From: Balanoglossus misakiensis | Taxonomy: Eukaryota > Animalia > Hemichordata | Direction of reading: 5' to 3' | NCBI GenBank assembly: GCA_040954595.2 | Contig: CM082582.2 | Location: 6,574,063-6,638,062, forward strand | Length of the DNA stretch: 64,000 nucleotides | Shown here: one piece after another, positions 1 through 14,827 of the stretch | How the letters are laid out: every line of letters begins with the position of its first letter | Numbering within the stretch: the stretch's first letter is position 1 | The notes under the pieces: model-generated | Databases searched by the model: none | The model's input: the letters and a program-made list of their open reading frames with translations, nothing else | What the model was told of the DNA's origin: nothing | Made by a program: the position numbers and the translations under genes

Positions 1-3000
1 CTCATGAAAATCATTCCAAAATGACAATTTATCGACTTTGCGAACTTTCAAAAAAATTTCTTCATTTTTTCGAAAAAAACATGGTTATTAGCATCATGAA
101 ATCATCCAAAAATGACAATTATTCGACTTTGGAACTTTCAAAATTAATTCTTTTTTTTGAAAAAAACTGGGTTATAAAGCTCATGAAAATCATCCAAAAA
201 GACATTTTTCGACTTTTGCAAATTTCAAAATTTCTTCATTATTTTGAAAAAACCATGGGTGATAGCTCATGAAAATCATCCAAAGAATGACAATTTTTCG
301 ACTTGCGAACTTTCAAAATTTCTTCATTTTTTGAAAAAAACAGGGTTATAGCTCATGAAAATCATCCAAAAATGACAATTTTTCGACTTTGCGAACTTTC
401 AAAATTTCTTCATTTTTTTAGAAAAAACATGGGTTATAGCTCATGAAAATCATCCAAAAATGACAATTTTCGACTTTGCGAACTTTCAAAATTTCTTCAT
501 TTTTTGAAAAAAACCAGGGTTATAGCTCATGAAAATCATCCAAAAATGACAATTTTTCGACTTTGCGAACTTTCAAAATTTCTTCATTTTTTTGAAAAAC
601 CATGGGTTATAGCTCATGAAAATCATCCAAAAATGACAATTTTTCGACTTTGCGAACTTTCAAAATTTCTTCATTTTTTTGAAAAAACCATGGGTTATAG
701 CTCATGAAAATCATCCAAAAATGACAATTTTTCGACTTTGCGAACTTTCAAAATTTCTTCATTTTTTTGAAAAAACCATGGGTTATAGCTCATGAAAATC
801 ATCCAAAAATGACAATTTTTCGACTTTGCGAACTTTCAAAATTTCTTCATTTTTTTGAAAAAACCATGGGTTATAGCTCATGAAAATCATCCAAAAATGA
901 CAAATTTTCCGACTTTGCGAACTTTCAAATTTCTTCATTTTTTTGAAAAAACCATGGGTTATAGCTCATGAAAATCATCCAAAAATGACAATTTTTCGAC
1001 TTTGCGAACTTTCAAAATTTCTTCATTTTTTTGAAAAAACCATGGGTTATAGCTCATGAAAATCATCCAAAAATGACAATTTTTCGACTTTGCGAACTTT
1101 TCAAAATTTCTTCATTTTTTTGAAAAACCATGGGTTATAGCTCATGAAAATCATCCAAAAATGACAATTTTTCGACTTGCGAACTTTCAAAATTTCTTCA
1201 TTTTTTTGAAAAAACCATGGGTTATAGCTCATGAAAATCATCCAAAAATGACAATTTTTCGACTTTGCGAACTTTCAAAATTTTTTCATTTTTTTGAAAA
1301 AACCATGGGTTATAGCTCATGAAAATCATCCAAAAATGACAATTTTTCGACTTTGCGAACTTTCAAAATTTCTTCATTTTTTTGAAAAAACCATGGGTTA
1401 TAGCTCATGAAAATCATCCAAAAATGACAATTTTTCGACTTTTGCGAACTTTCAAAATTTCTTCATTTTTTGAAAAAAACCATGGGATATAGCTCATGAA
1501 AATCATCCAAAAAATGACAATTTTTTCGACTTTGCGAACTTTCAAAATTTCTTCATTTTTTTGAAAAAACCATGGGTTATAGCTCATGAAAATCATCCAA
1601 AAATGACAATTTTTCGACTTTGCGAACTTTCAAATTTCTTCATTTTTTTGAAAAAACCATGGGTTATAGCTCATGAAAATCATCCAAAAATGACAATTTT
1701 TCGACTTTGCGAACTTTCAAAATTTCTTCATTTTTTTGAAAAAACCATGGGTTATAGCTCATGAAAATCATCCAAAAATGACAATTTTTCGACTTTGCGA
1801 ACTTTCAAATTTTCTTCATTTTTTTGAAAAAACCATGGGTTATAGCTCATGAAAATCATCCAAAAATGACAATTTTTCGACTTTGCGAACTTTCAAAATT
1901 TCTTCATTTTTTTGAAAAAACCATGGTTATAGCTCATGAAAATCATCCAAAAATGACAATTTTTCGACTTTGCGAACTTTCAAAATTTCTTCATTTTTTT
2001 GAAAAAACCATGGGTTATAGCTCATGAAAATCATCCAAAAATGACAATTTTTCGACTTTGCGAACTTTCAAAATTTCTTCATTTTTTTAAAAAACCATGG
2101 GTTATAGCTCATGAAAATCATCCAAAAATGACAATTTTTCGACTTTGCGAACTTTCAAAATTTCTTCATTTTTTGAAAAAACCATGGGTTATAGCTCATG
2201 AAAATCATCCAAAAATGACAATTTTTCGACTTTGCGAACTTTCAAAATTTCTTCATTTTTTTGAAAAAACCATGGGTTATAGCTCATGAAAATCATCCAA
2301 AAATGACAATTTTTCGACTTTGCGAACTTTCAAAATTTCTTCATTTTTTTGAAAAAACCAGTGGGTTATAGCTCATGAAAATCATCCAAAAATGACAATT
2401 TTTCGACTTTGCGAACTTTCAAAATTTTCTTCATTTTTTTTAAAAAACCATGGGTTATAGCTCATGAAAATCATCCAAAAATGACAATTTTTCGACTTTG
2501 CGAACTTTTCAAAATTTCTTCATTTTTTTGAAAAAAACCATGGGTTATAGCTCATGAAAATCATCCAAAAAAGACAATTTTGACAATTTTTCGACTTTGC
2601 GACTTTCAAAATTTCTTCATTTTTTTTGAAAAACCATGGGTTATAGCTCATGAAAATCATCCAAAAATGACAATTTTTCGACTTTGCGAACTTTCAAAAT
2701 TTCTTCATTTTTTTGAAAAAACCATGGGTTATAGCTCATGAAAATCATCCAAAAATGACAATTTTTCGACTTTGCGAACTTTCAAAATTTCTTCATTTTT
2801 TTGAAAAAACCATGGGTATAGCTCATGAAAATCATCCAAAAATGACAATTTTTCGACTTTGCGAACTTTCAAAATTTCTTCATTTTTTGAAAAAACCATG
2901 GGTTATAGCTCATGAAAATCATCCAAAAATGACAATTTTTCGACTTTGCGAACTTTCAAAATTTCTTCATTTTTTTGAAAAAACCATGGGTTATAGCTCA

Positions 3001-6000
3001 TGAAAATCATCCAAAAATGACAATTTTTCGACTTTGCGAACTTTCAAAATTTCTTCATTTTTTTGAAAAAACCATGGGTTATAGCTCATGAAAATCATCC
3101 AAAAATGACAATTTTTCGACTTTGCGAACTTTCAAATTTTCTTCATTTTTTTTAAAAAAACCATGGGTTATAGCTCATGAAAATCATCCAAAAATGACAA
3201 TTTTTCGACTTTGCGAACTTTCAAAATTTCTTCATTTTTTGAAAAAACCATGGGTTATAGCTCATGAAAATCATCCAAAAATGACAATTTTTCGACTTTG
3301 CGAACTTTCAAAATTTCTTCATTTTTTTGAAAAAACCATGGGTTATAGCTCATGAAAATCATCCAAAAATGACAATTTTTCGACTTTGCGAACTTTCAAA
3401 ATTTCTTCATTTTTTGAAAAAACCATGGGTTATAGCTCATGAAAATCATCCAAAAATGACAATTTTTCGACTTTGCGAACTTTCAAAATTTCTTCATTTT
3501 TTTGAAAAAACCATGGGTTATAGCTCATGAAAATCATCCAAAAATGACAATTTTTCGACTTTGCGAACTTTCAAAATTTCTTCATTTTTTTGAAAAAACC
3601 ATGGGTTATAGCTCATGAAAATCATCCAAAAATGACAATTTTTCGACTTTGCGAACTTTCAAAATTTCTTCATTTTTTGAAAAACCATGGGTTATAGCTC
3701 ATGAAAATCATCCAAAAATGACAATTTTTCGACTTTGCGAACTTTCAAAATTTCTTCATTTTTTTGAAAAAACCATGGGTTATAGCTCATGAAAATCATC
3801 CAAAAATGACAATTTTTCGACTTTGCGAACTTTCAAAATTTCTTCATTTTTTTGAAAAAAACCATGGGTTATAGCTCATGAAAATCATCCAAAAATGACA
3901 ATTTTTCGACTTTGCGAACTTTCAAAATTTCTTCATTTTTTTGAAAAAACCATGGGTTATAGCTCATGAAAATCATCCAAAAATGACAATTTTTCGACTT
4001 TGCGAACTTTCAAAATTTCTTCATTTTTTTGAAAAAACCATGGGTTATAGCTCATGAAAATCATCCAAAAATGACAATTTTTCGACTTTGCGAACTTTCA
4101 AAATTTCTTCATTTTTTTGAAAAAAACCATGGGTTATAGCTCATGAAAATCATCCAAAAATGACAATTTTTCGACTTTGCGAACTTTCAAAATTTCTTCA
4201 TTTTTTGAAAAAACCATGGGTTATAGCTCATGAAAATCATCCAAAAATGACAATTTTTCGACTTTGCGAACTTTCAAAATTTCTTCATTTTTTTGAAAAA
4301 ACCATGGGTTATAGCTCATGAAAATCATCCAAAAATGACAATTTTTCGACTTTGCGAACTTTCAAAATTTCTTCATTTTTTGAAAAAACCATGGGTTATA
4401 GCTCATGAAAATCATCCAAAAATGACAATTTTTCGACTTTGCGAACTTTCAAAATTTCTTCATTTTTTTGAAAAACCATGGGTTATAGCTCATGAAAATC
4501 ATCCAAAAATGACAATTTTTCGACTTTGCGAACTTTCAAAATTTCTTCATTTTTTTGAAAAAACCATGGGTTATAGCTCATGAAAATCATCCAAAAATGA
4601 CAATTTTTCGACTTTGCGAACTTTCAAAATTTCTTCATTTTTTTGAAAAAACCATGGGTTATAGCTCATGAAAATCATCCAAAAATGACAATTTTTCGAC
4701 TTTGCGAACTTTCAAAATTTCTTCATTTTTTTGAAAAAACCATGGGTTATAGCTCATGAAAATCATCCAAAAATGACAATTTTTCGACTTTGCGAACTTT
4801 CAAAATTTCTTCATTTTTTTGAAAAAACCATGGGTTATAGCTCATGAAAATCATCCAAAAATGACAATTTTTCGACTTTGCGAACTTTCAAAATTTCTTC
4901 ATTTTTTTGAAAAAACCATGGGTTATAGCTCATGAAAATCATCCAAAAATGACAATTTTTCGACTTTGCGAACTTTCAAAATTTCTTCATTTTTTTGAAA
5001 AACCATGGGTTATAGCTCATGAAAATCATCCAAAAATGACAATTTTTCGACTTTGCGAACTTTCAAAATTTCTCATTTTTTTGAAAAAACCATGGGTTAT
5101 AGCTCATGAAAATCATCCAAAAATGACAATTTTTCGACTTTGCGAACTTTCAAAATTTCTTCATTTTTTTGAAAAAACCATGGGTTATAGCTCATGAAAA
5201 TCATCCAAAAATGACAATTTTTCGACTTTGCGAACTTTCAAAATTTCTTCATTTTTTTGAAAAAACCATGGGTTATAGCTCATGAAAATCATCCAAAATG
5301 ACAATTTTTCGACTTTGCGAACTTTCAAAATTTCTTCATTTTTTTTAAAAAACCATGGGTTATAGCTCATGAAAATCATCCAAAAATGACAATTTTTCGA
5401 CTTTGCGAACTTTTCAAAATTTCTTCATTTTTTGAAAAAACCATGGGTTATAGCTCATGAAAATCATCCAAAAATGACAATTTTTCGACTTTGCGAACTT
5501 TCAAAATTTCTTCATTTTTTTGAAAAAACCATGGGTTATAGCTCATGAAAATCATCCAAAAATGACAATTTTTCGACTTTGCGAACTTTCAAAATTTCTT
5601 CATTTTTTTGAAAAAACCATGGGTTATAGCTCATGAAAATCATCCAAAATGACAATTTTTCGACTTTGCGAACTTTCAAAATTTCTTCATTTTTTTGAAA
5701 AAACCATGGGTTATAGCTCATGAAAATCATCCAAAAATGACAATTTTTCGACTTTGCGAACTTTCAAAATTTCTTCATTTTTTTGAAAAAACCATGGGTT
5801 ATAGCTCATGAAAATCATCCAAAAATGACAATTTTTCGACTTTGCGAACTTTCAAAATTTCTTCATTTTTTTGAAAAAACCATGGGTTATAGCTCATGAA
5901 AATCATCCAAAAATGACAATTTTTCGACTTTGCGAACTTTCAAAATTTCTTCATTTTTTTGAAAAAACCATGGGTTATAGCTCATGAAAATCATCCAAAA

Positions 6001-9000
6001 ATGACAATTTTTCGACTTTGCGAACTTTCAAAATTTCTTCATTTTTTTGAAAAAACCATGGGTTATAGCTCATGAAAATCATCCAAAAATGACAATTTTT
6101 CGACTTTGCGAACTTTCAAAATTTCTTCATTTTTTTGAAAAACCATGGGTTATAGCTCATGAAAATCATCCAAAAATGACAATTTTTCGACTTTGCGAAC
6201 TTTCAAAATTTCTTCATTTTTTGAAAAACCATGGGTTATAGCTCATGAAAATCATCCAAAAATGACAATTTTCGACTTCGCGAACTTTCAAAATTTCTTC
6301 ATTTTTTTGAAAAAACCATGGGTTATAGCTCATGAAAATCATCCAAAAATGACAATTTTTCGACTTCGCGAACTTTCAAAATTTCTTCATTTTTTTGAAA
6401 AAACCATGGGTTATAGCTCATGAAAATCATCCAAAAATGACAATTTTTCGACTTCGCGAACTTTCAAAATTTCTTCATTTTTTTGAAAAAACCATGGGTT
6501 ATAGCCTCATGAAAATCATCCAAAAATGACAATTTTTCGACTTCGCGAACTTTCAAAATTTCTTCATTTTTTTGAAAAAACCATGGGTTATAGCTCATGA
6601 AAATCATCCAAAAATGACAATTTTTCGACTTTGCGAACTTTCAAAAATTTCTTCATTTTTTGAAAAAACCATGGGTTATAGCTCATGAAAATCATCCAAA
6701 AATGACAATTTTTCGACTTTGCGAACTTTCAAAATTTCTTCATTTTTTTGAAAAAACCATGGGTTATAGCTCATGAAAATCATCCAAAAATGACAATTTT
6801 TCGACTTCGCGAACTTTCAAATTTCTTCATTTTTTTGAAAAAACCATGGGTTATAGCTCATGAAAATCATCCAAAAATGACAATTTTTCGACTTTGCGAA
6901 CTTTCAAAATTTCTTCATTTTTTTGAAAAAACCATGGGTTATAGCTCATGAAAATCATCCAAAAATGACAATTTTTCGACTTTGCGAACTTTCAAAATTT
7001 CTTCATTTTTTTGAAAAAACCATGGGTATAGCTCATGAAAATCATCCAAAAATGACAATTTTTCGACTTTGCGAACTTTCAAAATTTCTTCATTTTTTTG
7101 AAAAAACCATGGGTTATAGCTCATGAAAATCATCCAAAAATGACAATTTTTCGACTTTGCGAACTTTCAAATTTCTTCATTTTTTGAAAAAACCATGGGT
7201 TATAGCTCATGAAAATCATCCAAAAATGACAATTTTTCGACTTTGCGAACTTTCAAAATTTCTTCATTTTTTTGAAAAAACCATGGGTTATAGCTCATGA
7301 AAATCATCCAAAATGACAATTTTTCGACTTTGCGAACTTTCAAAATTTCTTCATTTTTTTGAAAAAAACCATGGGTTATAGCTCATGAAAATCATCCAAA
7401 AATGACAATTTTTCGACTTTGCGAACTTTCAAAATTTCTTCATTTTTTTGAAAAAACCATGGGTTATAGCTCATGAAAATCATCCAAAAATGACAATTTT
7501 TCGACTTTGCGAACTTTCAAAATTTCTTCATTTTTTGAAAAAACCATGGGTTATAGCTCATGAAAATCATCCAAAAATGACAATTTTTCGACTTTGCGAA
7601 CTTTCAAAATTTCTTCATTTTTTTGAAAAAACCATGGGTTATAGCTCATGAAAATCATCCAAAAATGACAATTTTTCGACTTTGCGAACTTTCAAAATTT
7701 CTTCATTTTTTGAAAAAACCATGGGTTATAGCTCATGAAAATCATCCAAAAATGACAATTTTTCGACTTTGCGAACTTTCAAAATTTCTTCATTTTTTTG
7801 AAAAAACCATGGGTTATAGCTCATGAAAATCATCCAAAAATGACAATTTTTCGACTTTGCGAACTTTCAAAATTTCTTCATTTTTTTGAAAAAACCATGG
7901 GTTATAGCTCATGAAAATCATCCAAAAATGACAATTTTTCGACTTTGCGAACTTTCAAAATTTCTTCATTTTTTTGAAAAAACCATGGGTTATAGCTCAT
8001 GAAAATCATCCAAAAATGACAATTTTTCGACTTTGCGAACTTTCAAAATTTCTTCATTTTTTTGAAAAAACCATGGGTTATAGCTCATGAAAATCATCCA
8101 AAAATGACAATTTTTCGACTTTGCGAACTTTCAAAATTTCTTCATTTTTTTGAAAAAACCATGGGTTATAGCTCATGAAAATCATCCAAAAATGACAATT
8201 TTCGACTTTGCGAACTTTCAAAATTTCTTCATTTTTTTGAAAAAACCATGGGTTATAGCTCATGAAAATCATCCAAAAAATGACAATTTTTCGACTTTGC
8301 GAACTTTCAAAATTTCTTCATTTTTTTGAAAAAAACCATGGGTTATAGCTCATGAAAATCATCCAAAAATGACAATTTTTCGACTTTGCGAACTTTCAAA
8401 ATTTCTTCATTTTTTTGAAAAAACCATGGGTTATAGCTCATGAAAATCATCCAAAAATGACAATTTTCGACTTTGCGAACTTTCAAATTTCTTCATTTTT
8501 TTGAAAAAACCATGGGTTATAGCTCATGAAAATCATCCAAAAATGACAATTTTTCGACTTTGCGAACTTTCAAAATTTCTTCATTTTTTTGAAAAAACCA
8601 TGGGTTATAGCTCATGAAAATCATCCAAAAATGACAATTTTTCGACTTTGCGAACTTTCAAAATTTCTTCATTTTTTTGAAAAAACCATGGGTTATAGCT
8701 CATGAAAATCATCCAAAAATGACAATTTTTCGACTTTGCGAACTTTCAAAATTTCTTCATTTTTTTGAAAAAACCATGGGTTATAGCTCATGAAAATCAT
8801 CCAAAAATGACAATTTTTCGACTTTGCGAACTTTCAAAATTTCTTCATTTTTTTGAAAAAACCATGGGTTATAGCTCATGAAAACATCCAAAAATGACAA
8901 TTTTTCGACTTTGCGAACTTTCAAAATTTCTTCATTTTTTTGAAAAACCATGGGTTAATAGCTCATCGGAAATCATCCAAAAATGACAATTTTTCGACTT

Positions 9001-12000
9001 TGCGAACTTTCAAAATTTCTTCATTTTTTTGAAAAAACCATGGGTTATAGCTCATGAAAATCATCCAAAAATGACAATTTTTCGACTTTGCGAACTTTCA
9101 AAATTTCTTCATTTTTTTGAAAAAACCATGGGTTATAGCTCATGAAAATCATCCAAAAATGACAATTTTTCGACTTTGCGAACTTTCAAAATTTCTTCAT
9201 TTTTTTGAAAAAACCATGGGTTATAGCTCATGAAAATCATCCAAAAATGACAATTTTTCGACTTTGCGAACTTTCAAAATTTCTTCATTTTTTTGAAAAA
9301 ACCATGGGTTATAGCTCATGAAAATCATCCAAAAATGACAATTTTTCGACTTTGCGAACTTTCAAAATTTCTTCATTTTTTTGAAAAAACCATGGGTTAT
9401 AGCTCATGAAAATCATCCAAAAATGACAATTTTTCGACTTTGCGAACTTTCAAAATTTCTTCATTTTTTTGAAAAAACCATGGGTTATAGCTCATGAAAA
9501 TCATCCAAAAATGACAATTTTTCGACTTTGCGAACTTTCAAAATTTCTTCATTTTTTTGAAAAAACCATGGGTTATAGCTCATGAAAATCATCCAAAAAT
9601 GACAATTTTTCGACTTTGCGAACTTTCAAAATTTCTTCATTTTTTTGAAAAAACCATGGGTTATAGCTCATGAAAATCATCCAAAAATGACAATTTTTCG
9701 ACTTTGCGAACTTTCAAAATTTCTTCATTTTTTTTAAAAAACCATGGGTTATAGCTCATGAAAATCATCCAAAAATGACAATTTTTCGACTTTGCGAACT
9801 TTCAAAATTTCTTCATTTTTTTGAAAAAACCATGGGTTATAGCTCATGAAAATCATCCAAAAATGACAATTTTTCGACTTCGCGAACTTTCAAATTTCTT
9901 CATTTTTTTGAAAAAACCATGGGTTATAGCTCATGAAAATCATCCAAAAATGACAATTTTTCGACTTCGCGAACTTTCAAAATTTCTTCATTTTTTTGAA
10001 AAAACCATGGGTTATAGCTCATGAAAATCATCCAAAAATGACAATTTTTCGACTTCGCGAACTTTCAAAATTTCTTCATTTTTTTGAAAAAACCATGGGT
10101 TATAGCTCATGAAAATCATCCAAAAATGACAATTTTTCGACTTCGCGAACTTTCAAAATTTCTTCATTTTTTTGAAAAAACCATGGGTTATAGCTCATGA
10201 AAATCATCCAAAAATGACAATTTTTCGACTTCGCGGAACTTTCAAAATTTCTTCATTTTTTTGAAAAAACCATGGGTTATAGCTCATGAAAATCATCCAA
10301 AAATGACAATTTTTCGACTTTGCGAACTTTCAAAATTTCTTCATTTTTTTGAAAAAACCATGGGTTATAGCTCATGAAAATCATCCAAAAATGACAATTT
10401 TTCGACTTTGCGAACTTTCAAAATTTCTTCATTTGTTTGAAAAAACCATGGGTTATAGCTCATGAAAATCATCCAAAAATGACAATTTTTCGACTTTGCG
10501 AACTTTCAAAATTTCTTCATTTGTTTGAAAAAACCATGGGTTATAGCTCATGAAAATCATCCAAAAATGACAATTTTTCGACTTTGCGAACTTTCAAAAT
10601 TTCTTCATTTTTTTGAAAAAACCATGGGTTATAGCTCTTGAAAATCATCCAAAAATGACAATTTTTCGACTTTGCGAACTTTCAAAATTTCTTCATTTTT
10701 TTGAAAAAACCATGGGTTATAGCTCATGAAAATCATCCAAAAATGACAATTTTTCGACTTTGCGAACTTTCAAAATTTCTTCATTTTTTTGAAAAAACCA
10801 TGGGTTATAGCTCATGAAAATCATCCTAAAATGACAATTTTTCGACTTTGCGAACTTTCAAAATTTCTTCATTTTTTTGAAAAAACCATGGGTTATAGCT
10901 CATGAAAATCATCCAAAAATGACAATTTTTCGACTTTGCGAACTTTCAAAATTGACAATTTTTCGACTTTGCGAACTTTCAAAATTTCTTCATTTTTTTG
11001 AAAAAACCATGGGTTATAGCTCATGAAAATCATCCAAAAATGACAATTTTTCGACTTTGCGAACTTTCAAAATTTCTTCATTTTTTTGAAAAAACCATGG
11101 GTTATAGCTCATGAAAATCATCCAAAAATGACAATTTTTCGACTTTGCGAACTTTCAAAATTTCTTCATTTTTTTGAAAAAAACATGGGTTATAGCTCAT
11201 GAAAATCATCCAAAAATGACAATTTTTCGACTTTGCGAACTTTCAAAATTTCTTCATTTTTTTGAAAAAACCATGGGTTATAGCTCATGAAAATCATCCA
11301 AAAATGACAATTTTTCGACTTTGCGAACTTTCAAAATTTCTTCATTTTTTTGAAAAAACCATGGGTTATAGCTCATGAAAATCATCCAAAAATGACAATT
11401 TTTCGACTTTGCGAACTTTCAAAATTTCTTCATTTTTTTGAAAAAACCATGGGTTATAGCTCTTGAAAATCATCCAAAAATGACAATTTTTCGACTTTGC
11501 GAACTTTCAAAATTTCTTCATTTTTTTGAAAAAACCATGGGTTATAGCTCATGAAAATCATCCAAAAATGACAATTTTTCGACTTTGCGAACTTTTAAAA
11601 TTTCTTCATTTTTTTGAAAAAACCATGGGTTATAGCTCATGAAAATCATCCAAAAATGACAATTTTTCGACTTTGCGAACTTTCAAAATTTCTTCATTTT
11701 TTTGAAAAAACCATGGGTTATAGCTCATGAAAATCATCCAAAAATGACAATTTTTCGACTTTGCGAACTTTCAAAATTTCTTCATTTTTTTGAAAAAACC
11801 ATGGGTTATAGCTCATGAAAATCATCCAAAAATGACAATTTTTCGACTTTGCGAACTTTCAAAATTTCTTCATTTTTTTGAAAAAACCATGGGTTATAGC
11901 TCATGAAAATCATCCAAAAATGACAATTTTTCGACTTTGCGAACTTTCAAAATTTCTTCATTTTTTTGAAAAAACCATGGGTTATAGCTCATGAAAATCA

Positions 12001-14827
12001 TCCAAAAATGACAATTTTTCGACTTTGCGAACTTTCAAAATTTCTTCATTTTTTTTAAAAAACCATGGGTTATAGCTCATGAAAATCATCCAAAAATGAC
12101 AATTTTTCGACTTTGCGAACTTTCAAAATTTCTTCACTTTTTTGAAAAAAACATGGGTTATAGCTCATGAAAATCATCCAAAAATGACAATTTTTCGACT
12201 TTGCGAACTTTCAAAATTTCTTCACTTTTTTGAAAAAACCATGGGTTATAGCTCATGAAAATCATCCAAAAATGACAATTTTTCGACTTTGCGAACTTTC
12301 AAAATTTCTTCACTTTTTTGAAAAAACCATGGGTTATAGCTCATGAAAATCATCCAAAAATGACAATTTTTCGACTTTGCGAACTTTCAAAATTTCTTCA
12401 CTTTTTTGAAAAAACCATGGGTTATAGCTCATGAAAATCATCCAAAAATGACAAGTTTTAAACTTTGCGAACTTTCAAAATTTCTTCATTTTTTTGAAAA
12501 AACCATGGGTTATAGCTCATGAAAATCATCCAAAAATGACAATTTTTCGACTTTGCGAACTTTCAAAATTTCTTCATTTTTTTGAAAAAACCATGGGTTA
12601 TAGCTCATGAAAATCATCCAAAAATGACAATTTTTCGACTTTGCGAACTTTCAAAATTTCTTCATTTTTTTGAAAAAACCATGGGTTATAGCTCATGAAA
12701 ATCATCCAAAAATGACAATTTTTCGACTTTGCGAACTTTCAAAATTTCTTCATTTTTTTGAAAAAACCATGGGTTATAGCTCATGAAAATCATCCAAAAA
12801 TGACAATTTTTCGACTTTGCGAACTTTCAAAATTTCTTCATTTTTTTGAAAAAACCATGGGTTATAGCTCATGAAAATCATCCAAAAATGACAATTTTTC
12901 GACTTTGCGAACTTTCAAAATTTCTTCATTTTTTTGAAAAAACCATGGGTTATAGCTCATGAAAATCATCCAAAAATGACAATTTTTCGACTTTGCGAAC
13001 TTTCAAAATTTCTTCATTTTTTTGAAAAAAACCATGGGTTATAGCTCATGAAAATCATCCAAAAATGACAATTTTTCGACTTTGCGAACTTTCAAAATTT
13101 CTTCACTTTTTTGAAAAAACCATGGGTTATAGCTCATGAAAATCATCCAAAAATGACAATTTTTCGACTTTGCGAACTTTCAAAATTTCTTCACTTTTTT
13201 GAAAAAACCATGGGTTATAGCTCATGAAAATCATCCAAAAATGACAATTTTTCGACTTTGCGAACTTTCAAAATTTCTTCACTTTTTTGAAAAAACCATG
13301 GGTTATAGCTCATGAAAATCATCCAAAAATGACAAGTTTTAAACTTTGCGAACTTTCAAAATTTCTTCATTTTTTTGAAAAAACCATGGGTTATAGCTCA
13401 TGAAAATCATCCAAAAATGACAATTTTTCGACTTTGCGAACTTTCAAAATTTCTTCATTTTTTTGAAAAAACCATGGGTTATAGCTCATGAAAATCATCC
13501 AAAAATGACAATTTTTCGACTTTGCGAACTTTCAAAATTTCTTCATTTTTTTTAAAAAACCATGGGTTATAGCTCATGAAAATCATCCAAAAATGACAAT
13601 TTTTCGACTTTGCGAACTTTCAAAATTTCTTCACTTTTTTGAAAAAACCATGGGTTATAGCTCATGAAAATCATCCAAAAATGACAATTTTTCGACTTTG
13701 CGAACTTTCAAAATTTCTTCACTTTTTTGAAAAAACCATGGGTTATAGCTCATGAAAATCATCCAAAAATGACAATTTTTCGACTTTGCGAACTTTCAAA
13801 ATTTCTTCACTTTTTTGAAAAAACCATGGGTTATAGCTCATGAAAATCATCCAAAAATGACAATTTTTCGACTTTGCGAACTTTCAAAATTTCTTCACTT
13901 TTTTGAAAAAACCATGGGTTATAGCTCATGAAAATCATCCAAAAATGACAATTTTTCGACTTTGCGAACTTTCAAAATTTCTTCATTTTTTTGAAAAACC
14001 CATGGGTTATAGCTCATGAAAATCATCCAAAAATGACAATTTTTCGACTTTGCGAACTTTCAAAATTTCTTCATTTTTTTGAAAAAACCATGGGTTATAG
14101 CTCACGAAAATCATCCAAAAATGACAATTTTTCGACTTTGAGAACTTTCAAAATTTCTTCATTTTTTTGAAAAAACCATGGGTTATAGCTCATGAAAATC
14201 ATCCAAAAATGACAATTTTTCGACTTTGCGAACTTTCAAAATTTCTTCATTTTTTTGAAAAAACCATGGGTTATAGCTCATGAAAATCATCCAAAAATGA
14301 AAATTTTTCGACTTTGCTAACTTTCAAAATTACTTCATTTTTTTTAAAAAACCATGGGTTGTAGCTCATGAAAATCATCCAAAAATGACAATTTTTCGAC
14401 TTTGCGAACTTTCAAAATTTCTTCATTTTTGAAAAAAAATCATGGGTTATAGCTCTTGCAAATCATCAAAAAATGACAATTTTCCGACTTTGCGAAATTT
14501 CAAAATTTCTTCATTTTTTAAAAAAAATCATGGATTATAGCTCATGAAAATCGTCAAAAAATGAAAATTTTCCGACTTTGCGAATTTGTCATTTTTGACA
14601 TTTTCATGGGTTATAGCTCATGAAAATCGTCAAAAAATGACAACTTTTCGACTTTGCGAATTTGTCATTTTTTGCAATCTTTCATGGGTTATTGCTCATG
14701 AAAATCATCAAAAAATGACAATTTTCCGACTTTGTGAATTTGTCATTTTTTTGACATTTTTCATGGGTTATAGCTCATGAAATCATCAAAAAATGACAAT
14801 TTTCCGACTTTGCGAAATTTCAAACTT
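1..14827. repeat. 88-bp AT-rich tandem satellite array (~165 monomers plus 3-4 shorter edge variants)
   Basis: Consensus CTCATGAAAATCATCCAAAAATGACAATTTTTCGACTTTGCGAACTTTCAAAATTTCTTCATTTTTTTGAAAAAACCATGGGTTATAG repeats head-to-tail (e.g. starts at 4841 and 4929) with no spacers. It degrades from ~14280; the monomers starting at 14541, 14617 and 14695 are 76-79 bp. Confidence 0.99.

Noticed and set aside
1-9000. Higher monomer divergence towards the window start as a biological gradient
   Set aside because: Differences are mostly unshared homopolymer indels that increase towards position 1, typical of low-coverage long-read consensus error at a contig end.
1-14827. CRISPR array or repeat-protein ORFs (MKKPWVIAHENHPK...)
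   Set aside because: Monomers are contiguous with no unique spacers and there are no cas genes. The ORFs arise only where single-base homopolymer indels shift the 88-bp frame.
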